Shown here in pieces: positions 22,500-32,000 of a stretch of DNA of 32,000 nt. The translations under genes and the position numbers were made by a program. The notes below the pieces were generated by a model. It saw only the letters and a program-made list of their open reading frames with translations. It did not search any database and had not been told where the DNA came from. How positions within the stretch are numbered: the first letter of the stretch is position 1; each line of letters starts with the position of its first letter. Source of the stretch: Nitratireductor sp. XY-223 (GTDB lineage: Bacteria; Pseudomonadota; Alphaproteobacteria; Rhizobiales; Rhizobiaceae); contig NZ_SPNT01000003.1 in NCBI RefSeq assembly GCF_004959855.1, positions 516,619-548,618 on the forward strand. The letters are read 5' to 3'.

Positions 22500-23741
22500 C
22501 TATCGCGCGATGGCGTCGATATCCGGATGCCGCCACGCCGTGCGGATAAGCACCAGTGCCAGCAGTGCCGCGGCGATGCAGATATAAAACGGCAGGCGCA
22601 GGTCAACGGCCATGAGCAGCCCGCCGATCAGGGAAAAGACACCGGCCGCAAGTGTGAAGGCCGCGGTCGTAATGCCCATGACCCAGCCCTGTTCTTCATC
22701 CGAAACGCTTGCTGAAAACAGCCCCAGCAGCGCCGGGTAGGCGATACCGAACCCGAAATAGAACGTGGCAATGAAGACGTAGCTAAGCGCCGGCACCGGA
22801 GTGAGAACAAAGAGGGCGCCGCTCAATGCCATTGTGCAGGTGACCGTGGTGATCACCGGCAGCTTTCCGAAGCGCCCCAACACAGGCGAGACAAGGAATG
22901 TGCTCGACGTCGCCAATGCCGCTCCAAGGACCATCATCGCCATGTTCGTGCCGAACAGGCCGATCTGGAACTCGCTGCTCAGGTAATTGTCCATAAAGAC
23001 GTAGAACAGCACATTGGCGGACATGAAGCTGAGGAACACGGTGTAAAGACGCATCACGACCGGCTTTTCGCGAATGCGGACCAACTGCGTGAACACCTCG
23101 AGCGGTCTGATCTCCAGTTTCTCGCGCTTCGTCTTGACGTCCTTGTAGGTGAATTGCACGAGCAGGATTGTGACGAGCACCAGGACGAACGCGCCGTAGA
23201 ACGGCATCTTGATGCTTGCGAAGCTTCCCAAAATGGCCGGATCGGAAAGAACGCCGCCGATGATCGGCCCGCCGACGAGGCCGGCGCTGATGCCGGTGAC
23301 GATGTAGCCCATGTTGCGCGCTTTTTCCTCGTCGGTCCGGCTGGCGTCAATCATTGCCGCCTGCGCGATCGGCTGGTTGCCGGCGGTGAAACCGGTGATG
23401 CCACGGCCCAGGATCAGAAGCCAAAGGCTGTCGGCGAACAGTGAAAAAATGGTGATCGCATAACCGATCAGCGCCCCGAACAGGCAGATCATGATGGCGG
23501 GCTTGCGGCCGATCGTATCGGAGAGCTTTGCGACATAGACGCCGCCGAAGAACCAGCACAGGAAGAAGATGCCGATGACAAGGCCGTAGTCGAAGTGGCG
23601 CGTCGCATCCGAGGATGAGACCGGAAGAAAGGTCAGTTTCGGATCCATCACCAGTTCATTGATGATCGGAAAGACCAGCCCCTGGCCGATCAGGTCGACA
23701 AACACGACGGCAAGCAGGGCGAACTTTGCGACGGGTGACAT
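22500..23741 (-). CDS. MFS transporter (TetA/drug-H+ antiporter-like, 12 TM)
   Basis: I chose the internal ATG at 23741, which follows GAGGGA. MFS motif A is LSDTIGRKPAIM, and GRGITGFTAGN is present. The protein is 413 aa. Confidence 0.9.
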   Translation of the reverse strand: MSPVAKFALLAVVFVDLIGQGLVFPIINELVMDPKLTFLPVSSSDATRHFDYGLVIGIFFLCWFFGGVYVAKLSDTIGRKPAIMICLFGALIGYAITIFSLFADSLWLLILGRGITGFTAGNQPIAQAAMIDASRTDEEKARNMGYIVTGISAGLVGGPIIGGVLSDPAILGSFASIKMPFYGAFVLVLVTILLVQFTYKDVKTKREKLEIRPLEVFTQLVRIREKPVVMRLYTVFLSFMSANVLFYVFMDNYLSSEFQIGLFGTNMAMMVLGAALATSSTFLVSPVLGRFGKLPVITTVTCTMALSGALFVLTPVPALSYVFIATFYFGFGIAYPALLGLFSASVSDEEQGWVMGITTAAFTLAAGVFSLIGGLLMAVDLRLPFYICIAAALLALVLIRTAWRHPDIDAIAR

Positions 23742-23959
23742 GACGATCCCTCGTTGTTTTGCCGGCAATGTTAGCAGAGTCTCGCGACAAGCTCGAAAAG
23801 AATGAGACCGCCGAAGGCCGCTGAGAACCTGACCGTTGCCTCTGGGACGCGGTGGACGGACCCCCGAAATATTTAACACTGTAAGCAAGTTTGATCCGCC
23901 ACCACCGGCAATAACCACATCCGTGCCTATTTCTCGGGCCACCCTTGGTCTCGTGGGGC

Positions 23960-24472
23960 ATGCCGTGGGAACACATTGTTGGGAGTAAGACCGTGGCCAA
24001 TGGTAGCGAACTGGCTTTGATACTCGAGGGCGGCAAGGACGCCCAGATACAGCACAGCGACAATCTTCGTGAGCAGTTGGAGCGAATCGGCCTGCTGGAA
24101 ATGTCGGCAGTCGCGGCTCCGGCGCTGGCCGCCGCCGTCGGCTCTGCCTGTGCAGTGGTGTTCTATTCCTCCAACCATTCGCAGGTCGGTGCCGGAATCG
24201 GTGATCTGGCGATTATTCTCGCGTGGTTTTTTGCCGCCATCTTGCTGTGTGTGATGGTCCCGGGCCTGTCCTGGCTTCGTCAGTATCTGCACGCGCACGC
24301 GCTGTTCGAGCAGACGGTCGACTTCGAAGAGCCGTTCATCCACGACAGCGCAAGATCCCGTTTCCTGTCCCAGTGGGGGCGGATCTGCATGGTCGCTTCC
24401 GTCGTCGCGATCTTCGGCTCCTACGCGGCCCTGACCGCGGGCGGCTTTGCGTTTCTTGAGATTATGCGCTGA
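23960..24472 (+). CDS. Hypothetical membrane protein (about three TM segments)
   Basis: The reading frame has acceptable third-position GC and hydrophobic segments. I recognise no family. The start is uncertain (TTG 23945 or ATG 23960), and the opposite-strand ORF looks like a shadow ORF. Confidence 0.45.
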   Translation: MPWEHIVGSKTVANGSELALILEGGKDAQIQHSDNLREQLERIGLLEMSAVAAPALAAAVGSACAVVFYSSNHSQVGAGIGDLAIILAWFFAAILLCVMVPGLSWLRQYLHAHALFEQTVDFEEPFIHDSARSRFLSQWGRICMVASVVAIFGSYAALTAGGFAFLEIMR

Positions 24473-24594
24473 CACTTCAGACCCTTAAGCGCCGGTCATC
24501 CCTGTCGTTTTGCGCGATGGCGACGCTTTAAGTATGTTGCAATATGCAGATTGTAGAATCCTGTATCAGACGGGATTCGCAACGCACCGGCTAA

Positions 24595-26168
<1,574 letters not shown>

Positions 26169-26819
26169 GGTCGGATCGATCCCGCTTTGATACCCAAGAC
26201 GTGGGACGGCATGAGTGACCACAGCCGGTGGCCCGAGTCAATTGCCGGCAAACAATGTTTCCCGCGGCAACAAGGCGGTCGAAATCCGATGCACAGCCTT
26301 CGCCAATTCCTTGGAAAATGTCGTCGGGTTTTGCTTCATGATGGCCGCGGCGGTACCGCCGAAGACCGGCTGAAATTTTTCCGAAAAATCTTATCGCTTT
26401 TCGGATCAATGGCATAAGCCGTTGCGGCGGATTCTTATCCCCTGAGTTATCCACTGTGGAATACTTCGACTCGACAGATCTGGCGTTTTCGGCGCAATAT
26501 GTACGCGTTGGGTCCGGACAATTCCTGACCGCCGATTGGGAGACAATTGATCGGATCGCCCAACATCCTGTGAACGGCCCGGCCAGGAACGTTTCCAACG
26601 CCCCGACCGGAAAACCGTGAGGCACACAGGGCGCTGTGAAAGCGAATGCATGTGCGATAACAGCACGCGGTTAGCGGACCTTCCGGTCTGTGGACCGCAC
26701 CGGCCAGAAGCTTCATTTAATGGGGCAGTTGGCCAGCGGACGCGGCAGTTGACGCAGGGTTCGCGAGAGGCCTAACGGTCAACGCGAACAACTGATTGAC
26801 TAACGCGCTCGAACAGGGG

Positions 26820-26853
26820 GGCGCTGGCTGTGGCCAGCGTCTTTCCTTTTGTG
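26820..26853 (+). terminator. Orphan rho-independent terminator on the + strand, with no + strand CDS upstream
   Basis: The stem CGCTGGC/GCCAGCG (26822-26828 and 26833-26839) has loop TGTG and is extendable by G-C and G-U pairs. It is followed by TCTTTCCTTTTGTG. Confidence 0.55.
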
Positions 26854-26909
26854 CGCAGCGAAATTCTCCAAACGACCTGACCCGTTTACCCGCAGGGCTT
26901 CGCTGCGCA
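26852..26909. repeat. 11-bp perfect inverted repeat enclosing a 36-nt structured spacer, downstream of the dadA-like gene
   Basis: TGCGCAGCGAA (26852-26862) pairs with TTCGCTGCGCA (26899-26909). An inner AAACG/CGTTT pair lies within the spacer. Confidence 0.5.
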
Positions 26910-26976
26910 TCGAATTTCGGCGCCGCGTGACGTCCCGCCGGCTAACGCCGCCAACCACCCAACCGCAATGTCGTTA

Positions 26977-28236
26977 TCAGAAGCGGTCCGCCCGGAACGG
27001 GTGAATATCGATCGACGGGTCTTCGCCTTCGACGAGATCGGTTACCAGCATGGCCGTTCCGGCAGACTGTGTCAGGCCCAGATGCCCGTGGCCGAAGGCG
27101 TAAATGACGTTGTCGCTCTTTCTGGACGGCGAAATCACCGGAAGCGTATCGGGCAGGGACGGTCTGAAACCCATCCATTGGGTGCCGCCTTCGGTAACAA
27201 GGTCCGGCAGGAACGACTTGGCTTTCGCCAGCAAAACGTCGGCGCGCTGGAAATTCGGCGGTGCGGACAGACCGCCAAGTTCGACGGCCCCGCCGACGCG
27301 TATGCCCGAACTCAGTCTCGAGACAACAAAACCGTGGGCGCCGAAGGTCAGTTGCGTGCGCAGGTCAAACTCTCCGTTGGGAAGCGTTGTGTTATAGCCG
27401 CGCTCCGTTTCAAGCGGAATGCGCTCACCGAGCGTCTGGGCCAGCTTGTGCGACCACGCGCCGGCGCAAATCACGACCTTGTCGGCGGCGAACTCCCTGC
27501 CATCCGCGCATCGGACGCTGGCTCCGTCGTTCCGCGGAAAGATAGCGACGGCTTCGCCGATCTCGATGCGGCCGCCGCGATTGTCGAAGATGTCGGCAAT
27601 GGTCAGCGCATATTCCAGGGGATCGGAAATGGAGTACCATTCCGGTGTGAAGGTGGCAGAAACAAAGCGCCTGTCGAGGCCCGGCTGGTATTCCGAAATG
27701 GCGTAGGATCCGTGCACATGCTCGAACGGGATGTCGCAGCGTTCGCGCGCATCCCAGTAGGGCAGGGATGCCTCGAACTCTGCCCGGCTCTCATAGACCT
27801 GCAGGTTGCCGTCGCGTCGAAGCATGCTGCCGGTTCCCGTCTTTCTCAGGAACGGCAACAGGGCGTGTTTTGAAAGGTTCATCAGGTCGGTCTGTGCGAA
27901 GATCCCGCTTTCGACACGCTCTGGGCGGCAGGCGCGCCAGAAGCGCAACATCCACGGCAGGAGCCTGAATGCGTAGCGTGGCGGAACCGACAGCGGGCCG
28001 AGCGGATCCAGCAGCCAGCGCGGCGCCTTGCGCATGATCCCCGGCGTCGCCAGCGGGATGATGTCCGAAAAGGCAAAGGCGCCGGCATTGCCGCGCGAGG
28101 CCTCGGCCGCCGGACCCTTGCGGTCCAGAAGCAGAACGGAATAGCCCTTTAACTGAAGAGAGAAAGCCGCAGACAGTCCCACGATACCAGCGCCGACAAC
28201 AATAACATCCGGCCGGCTGTCGCCTGAAAATTCCAT
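26977..28236 (-). CDS. FAD-dependent D-amino-acid dehydrogenase family oxidoreductase (DadA-like; possibly D-hydroxyproline dehydrogenase)
   Basis: 419-aa ORF with the N-terminal motif DVIVVGAGIVGLSAA and overall parallels to DadA (RGNAGAF..., GFRPSLPDTLPVI, GHGHLGLT). Confidence 0.9.
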   Translation of the reverse strand: MEFSGDSRPDVIVVGAGIVGLSAAFSLQLKGYSVLLLDRKGPAAEASRGNAGAFAFSDIIPLATPGIMRKAPRWLLDPLGPLSVPPRYAFRLLPWMLRFWRACRPERVESGIFAQTDLMNLSKHALLPFLRKTGTGSMLRRDGNLQVYESRAEFEASLPYWDARERCDIPFEHVHGSYAISEYQPGLDRRFVSATFTPEWYSISDPLEYALTIADIFDNRGGRIEIGEAVAIFPRNDGASVRCADGREFAADKVVICAGAWSHKLAQTLGERIPLETERGYNTTLPNGEFDLRTQLTFGAHGFVVSRLSSGIRVGGAVELGGLSAPPNFQRADVLLAKAKSFLPDLVTEGGTQWMGFRPSLPDTLPVISPSRKSDNVIYAFGHGHLGLTQSAGTAMLVTDLVEGEDPSIDIHPFRADRF

Positions 28237-28305
28237 AATTCGCCCAGTTACCCCCGGCCTCCGCGCTCCGTCGCGGAAGTCGGCGCAATATTCTCCCTCC
28301 CCGCG

Positions 28306-29199
28306 TCAAAAATGCGGCAAAGTCGGGCGGCTTTCAATTGCTAGTTTTATTGTGCGTTCAACATTTGCCCGGTGTTCTCCCGACAGCGGCTGGCGCGGCA
28401 GTCGCACACGGTCGTTCGAGTTGGTTTCGATGACCTCGGCGAGCTTGATCTGCTGAACCAGGAATGTCGACACATCGAGATCGAGCAGGGGGCGGAACCA
28501 GCGATAGATCTCGAGCGCCTCCCTGTAACGCTGCCGGCGCACCAACTCATAGATGGCCACGGTTTCCCTTGGAAACGCCACGACGAGGCCGGCAATCCAG
28601 CCGACGGCGCCGGCGGTCAGGGCCTCGTAGGCCAGGTTGTCGACACCGGTGAAGACGGCAAAGCGATCGCCGAGCCGATTGAAGATCTCCGTCGTCCGGC
28701 GGATATCGTCGGAACTTTCCTTGATTGCCGCGAACCGCGCGTCGTCCGCCAGTTCCTCCATCATGTCGGGCGTCACGTCGACCCGGTATCCGACCCGGTT
28801 CGAGTAGATCATGACCGGCAGATCGGCTGCCTCGGCGATTGCCCGCAGGTTTGCGATCGTTTCGGACCGGCTCGTGTGATAGATCGGAGAGGGAACGATC
28901 ATCACGCCGTCCGCACCGGCGGATGCGGCCTCTTTTGCCAGCGCGCAGGCCTCGCGCGTTCCGGGTTCCGAGATGGTCAAAAGGGCCGGCTTGTCTGCCG
29001 TTGCCCGCTTGCAAAGGCGCAGGACCTCCAGGCGTTCCTCCTGTGACAACATATTGCCTTCACCGAGCGTTCCGCACGCCACAAGCCCGTGACAGCCGGC
29101 CTCCATCTGGTAGGCGAAGCACCGCTCCATCTCCGCATGATCAAGACTGCCGTCTTCCTTGAATTTCGTCGTAACCGCCGGAATGACTCCCTGCCACAT
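28306..29199 (-). CDS. Dihydrodipicolinate synthase/N-acetylneuraminate lyase family (DapA-like) protein
   Basis: The product is MWQGVIPAVTTKF...GLVACGTLGEG...VMIVPSPIY...IYSNRVGY...FAAIKESS, with the Schiff-base Lys context. The start is 29199 (alternative 29211). The gene lies 69 nt upstream of the dadA-like gene on the same strand. Confidence 0.88.
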   Translation of the reverse strand: MWQGVIPAVTTKFKEDGSLDHAEMERCFAYQMEAGCHGLVACGTLGEGNMLSQEERLEVLRLCKRATADKPALLTISEPGTREACALAKEAASAGADGVMIVPSPIYHTSRSETIANLRAIAEAADLPVMIYSNRVGYRVDVTPDMMEELADDARFAAIKESSDDIRRTTEIFNRLGDRFAVFTGVDNLAYEALTAGAVGWIAGLVVAFPRETVAIYELVRRQRYREALEIYRWFRPLLDLDVSTFLVQQIKLAEVIETNSNDRVRLPRQPLSGEHRANVERTIKLAIESRPTLPHF

Positions 29200-29350
29200 G
29201 GTAATCCCCATCTTTGCTGGCGAAACGTTGCCGGGCCGTTCAGGCTGCACCGGCGATCATTTGATTGTGCCGATTCCCGGCTCCTTGCCCAGTGCAACCG
29301 GCCGGACCGTTTGCCGTAAAACACGTCCCAATGGCATTCTCATTACCAAG

Positions 29351-29408
29351 ATTGGATCCAATATTCAATATTCAAAATTGAAGAACTGTGTTATGGTCAG
29401 TAAGACCA
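29351..29408. promoter_or_regulatory. Candidate GntR/FadR-type operators in the AT-rich divergent promoter region
   Basis: A perfect 12-bp palindrome ATTGGATCCAAT is at 29351-29362. A tandem AATATTC AATATTC is at 29361-29374. The FadR-like dyad TGGTC-AGTAA-GACCA is at 29394-29408. Confidence 0.45.
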
Positions 29409-29487
29409 AGGGTGCTGAAAAGGCGGAATTGAAATGCGGAAAAACCATTAAAATGAACGTCTTGATAGTTGAAACGGGAGAATCGGC

Positions 29488-30168
29488 TTGAAGCTTCGGG
29501 CTGTGGATATCGGCAAGACCACCTCGGCGGCATCGATCATTTTCGATTCGCTCAGGCAGGCGATTATCGAAGGCGAGCTGAATGACGGCGACCCTTTGCG
29601 CCAGGACGAAATCGCGACGCTGTTCAACACCAGCCGCATTCCGGTGCGTGAGGCGCTGACGCGCCTGGAGCAGCAGGGTCTGGTTGAAAGCCGTCGTTAT
29701 CGGGGCTCGGTGGTTGCCGGATTGTCGGCGGAAGAGGCCGCTGAGATATTCGACTTCCGCAGCCTGCTGGAAGGCGAGGTCATCGCGGCGTCCGTGCCGA
29801 AAATGACATCAGCTTCCCTGCTTGAGGCGCGCCAGCACTGCCAGGATTTCATGGACAGCGACGATCCGCTTGAATGGGGGGAACTCAACCGCCGTCTGCA
29901 CTATGCCCTCTACAGGGACAGCGGGCTGACGTACCATCTCAAGGTCATCGACAACGCGCTTGACCGCGTCGAGCGATATTTGCGCGCACAGCTATTGATG
30001 ACGGATGGTCTGGACCTGGCGAACCGGGAACACCTCGCAATCCTGTCGGCCTGCGAATCCGGCGACGCTGCCTTGGCCGCAGAGCGCACGCGCCAGCACA
30101 TTCAGGGCGCCAAGCACACGCTGATCGATTTCCTGGAAAAGAACAAAGGCCAGCAGTCGCGAATCTGA
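29488..30168 (+). CDS. GntR family transcriptional regulator (FadR/FCD subfamily)
   Basis: TTG start at 29488 lies 7 nt after GGGAG. The HTH is IFDSLRQAIIEGELNDGDPLRQDEIATLFNTSRIPVREALTRLEQQGLV, followed by a helical FCD-like C-domain. Confidence 0.88.
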   Translation: MKLRAVDIGKTTSAASIIFDSLRQAIIEGELNDGDPLRQDEIATLFNTSRIPVREALTRLEQQGLVESRRYRGSVVAGLSAEEAAEIFDFRSLLEGEVIAASVPKMTSASLLEARQHCQDFMDSDDPLEWGELNRRLHYALYRDSGLTYHLKVIDNALDRVERYLRAQLLMTDGLDLANREHLAILSACESGDAALAAERTRQHIQGAKHTLIDFLEKNKGQQSRI

Positions 30169-30193
30169 CCGCGCGGCCCTTGCGTATGACGGC

Positions 30194-30775
30194 CTACTGC
30201 AAGACCTCGCCGGCCTCCAGCAGCGCGTTCCGGCAACGGGGCGAGAGGCGTTGCGCATGGACCTTCAGGCAGAACAGGACGTTGCCCTGACCGACCGGCA
30301 GGTTCGGACAAAGGACGCGGTAGTCGCGGGCGCAGGACCGCGCGGCGAGCCGCATCTCCTGGCGCAGCGACATCGTGTGCCCGCCGGATGCCGGTGCCTG
30401 GGCGGCGGATGTCGCCGGTGCGCTCGCTTCAGCCTTCGGTGCTTCTGCCGCAGCCTTGGCGTCGCCAGCGGCAGCTTCGGTGCCGCTGCTAGCCGGTGCA
30501 GCGGCCGTGGTTGTCGCGGACGCGCCGGATCCTGATCCATGATCGACGGCTTCCACCGCCGATTTGCATGCCGGCGACAATTTGTCCTCATGCTGCTCGA
30601 GGCAGATCAGCGCGTCCATGCCACCGGTCGGAACGCTTGAGCAATTGGCCCGGTAATCGGCAACACAACTTGATCGGATGGCCTGCTGCTGCGCAGGCGT
30701 GGGCGCTTGCGCCAAGGCGGACGTGGCGGCCACGGTTCCGGCCAATGTCATCGTCAACAGCAATATCGTGCGCAT
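30194..30775 (-). CDS. Secreted cysteine-rich repeat protein (two 4-Cys repeats joined by an Ala/Ser/Thr-rich linker)
   Basis: I chose the internal ATG at 30775, which follows GGGAGAGGA. The signal peptide is MRTILLLTMTLAGTVAATSALA. The repeats are SCVADYRANCSSVPTGGMDALICLEQHEDKLSPACKSA and SCARDYRVLCPNLPVGQGNVLFCLKVHAQRLSPRCRNA. Confidence 0.75.
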   Translation of the reverse strand: MRTILLLTMTLAGTVAATSALAQAPTPAQQQAIRSSCVADYRANCSSVPTGGMDALICLEQHEDKLSPACKSAVEAVDHGSGSGASATTTAAAPASSGTEAAAGDAKAAAEAPKAEASAPATSAAQAPASGGHTMSLRQEMRLAARSCARDYRVLCPNLPVGQGNVLFCLKVHAQRLSPRCRNALLEAGEVLQ

Positions 30776-30915
30776 TCGGTCCTCTCCCTTGTACGGCTGG
30801 CGGATATGCAGCCTCTGCGTGCGATACTTCCAGCCTTTTGCGGCGTGACTTTGGCGGTTGCTGTAATAAACAATATTTCCCAAGTACCTTTGAAATATGC
30901 GGTGTTTCGCACCGG

Positions 30916-31233
30916 TTATTCAGCCGGTTCCCGCAATTCTCGCATCGCGATGTAAAAATGGTCCGCGGCGGCCCTGTCGGTTTCGATGCGGTCCGCCAGG
31001 CGCTGAAAGAGCAGAGCGCAGAAGGGATCGCTGCTGTTGCGGGTGAGCCGGACGGTGCGTTTGTCGCGGTAGCTTCCGACCAGGTTGCCCTCAAGGACAA
31101 TTCCGGTCACTGAAAATCCGTAGTCGTGAATGCCGGTCTCGCCCTCCAGCAGCGCCGTGCCGGTGCACAGGGCGATCTCCGTATCACCGATGGCAACGGG
31201 CAATTCCTCAAAGAAATATTCGGTATCGAGCAT
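30916..31233 (-). CDS. Hypothetical protein (105 aa)
   Basis: I chose the internal ATG at 31233. Third-position GC is coding-like. There is no recognisable motif and no clear SD. The upstream part of the 188-aa ORF is Ser/Pro/Arg-rich and looks non-coding. Confidence 0.5.
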   Translation of the reverse strand: MLDTEYFFEELPVAIGDTEIALCTGTALLEGETGIHDYGFSVTGIVLEGNLVGSYRDKRTVRLTRNSSDPFCALLFQRLADRIETDRAAADHFYIAMRELREPAE

Positions 31234-31375
31234 CTGACAGACCGAAACGGTTCGTGGATGTGACGCGTCTTTGGCACCGCGGGACGATGGCGGCCGGGTC
31301 CGGATCACACACTGAATGGAAGATGGTTCAATATACCGATTTTGGCGTATTCCAGGCAATGCCAATTGGCGTCCG

Positions 31376-32000
31376 CTACTGCAGTTTGAGGCGCGTTTCG
31401 GAGGGCAATTCGTCGAATTGCTGCTTGTAGAATCCGGAAAAGCGGCTCCAGTTCCAGAACCCGCTGCGGGCAGCAAGGTCACCGATCGAACAGTGCTTGT
31501 GAGACTTGGAAAGCAGCATCCTGCGGACCCGGTTCAGCCGGACGGTGCGCAGATAGCGCGTCGGGCTCATGTCCGTGTGCCGTGAAAAGGCCTTTTGGAT
31601 GGTTCGCGCGCTGCAGCCAAGCTGCGAGCGCAACATCGCATAGTCGATCTCTCCGTCGGGCTGTTCGAGTAGCAGCGTCCGTGCGCGCTCGAACAGTGCG
31701 GACCTGTCGGCCATGGCCGGGCGGGCCCATGAGGCGATGGCCTGGTGAAGCGAAAGCTGCGCCAGGACCGCCGACATGAGGTGGCGACCGATCGGAACAT
31801 TGTCCGGCATCGGGCCATTTTCAAAGCCGGCAGCCAGGCCGGTGCGAAGTATGCGCAGTGCGCTGATGCGCAGACTGTCCGCAACGGAAGGCGCGACCTG
31901 GACCGAAACGTCGGCGCCGGTCGACGCAAACGGGTCCTGCAGATCCTCCGCGCCGCTCCATTCGCGAATGCGGTTCCTTTCCAGACAGATTGCCAGGATC
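31376..32000 (-). CDS. AraC family transcriptional regulator (C-terminal part; the N-terminus lies beyond the window)
   Basis: My hand translation shows the frame open from 32000 down to TAG at 31376-31378. The C-terminal double HTH is ...LGCSARTIQKAFSRHTDMSPTRYLRTVRLNRVRRMLL...IGDLAARSGFWNWSRFSGFYKQQFDELPSETR. Confidence 0.85.
   Translation of the reverse strand, partial: ILAICLERNRIREWSGAEDLQDPFASTGADVSVQVAPSVADSLRISALRILRTGLAAGFENGPMPDNVPIGRHLMSAVLAQLSLHQAIASWARPAMADRSALFERARTLLLEQPDGEIDYAMLRSQLGCSARTIQKAFSRHTDMSPTRYLRTVRLNRVRRMLLSKSHKHCSIGDLAARSGFWNWSRFSGFYKQQFDELPSETRLKLQ

Noticed and set aside
26238-26339. 33-codon minus-strand ORF (MKQNPTTFSKELAKAVHRISTALLPRETLFAGN) upstream of the nudK-like gene
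   Set aside because: It has no Shine-Dalgarno sequence and no recognisable motif. Its length is within what chance produces in this composition.
26169-26976. Possible tmRNA, tRNA, RNase P RNA or SRP RNA in the long gene-free region
   Set aside because: - The GGTTCGCGAG string is only superficially T-arm-like, and there is no acceptor stem or CCA context.
- I found no ANDN-type tag reading frame.
- I found no GAGGAAAGTCC (RNase P) box.
- I found no GGAAGGAAGCAGC-like SRP domain IV sequence on either strand.
29159-29491. 110-aa + strand ORF spanning the DapA-like start and the AT-rich GntR promoter region; likewise 23927..24475(-) opposite the hypothetical membrane protein
   Set aside because: The translations are not protein-like. 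The first overlaps a well-supported gene start and operator-rich DNA. The second is Arg/Gly/Asp-rich and antisense to a frame with better coding properties.

Overview
This is a high-GC, densely coding bacterial chromosomal segment. Its gene content looks alphaproteobacterial or Rhizobiales-like, which is an inference from composition and gene families only. I support about 37 protein-coding genes. I saw no rRNA or tRNA genes, no CRISPR array, and no transposase, integrase or phage hallmark.

Gene content in order:
- 3' end of an acyl-CoA synthetase
- FAD monooxygenase with a divergent MarR regulator
- LysR regulator and pirin
- GNAT (CelD/FemAB-like) plus PIG-L deacetylase pair
- Divergent pair of Tat-signal proteins: an MBL-fold hydrolase and an agmatine-deiminase-family enzyme
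- Pth2-type peptidyl-tRNA hydrolase
- GST
- SMR exporter sugE/gdx preceded by a guanidine-II (mini-ykkC) riboswitch candidate
- Five-gene Dpp/Opp-type ABC importer
- HxlR regulator
- MerA-less mer-like module: MerR, MerT-like permease, GDCCVxC Cys-rich protein and a convergent CDF exporter
- NIPSNAP-ABM pair divergent from an ArsR regulator and an amidase
- MFS transporter
- Proline iminopeptidase
- NudK-like Nudix hydrolase
- About 800 bp of non-coding DNA with an orphan terminator
- DadA-like and DapA-like genes with a GntR regulator
- Secreted Cys-rich repeat protein
- Partial AraC regulator

Nothing here is demonstrably a new system from sequence alone. The best candidates for follow-up are:
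- the mer-like metal module
- the riboswitch-gdx unit
- the GNAT/PIG-L pair
- the exported deiminase/MBL pair
- several unexplained non-coding elements: an orphan terminator with a possible sRNA, an RBS-sequestering leader, direct repeats, and a recurrent TTGCCGGCAA palindrome

All product calls come from by-eye motif and family recognition. No database search was run.
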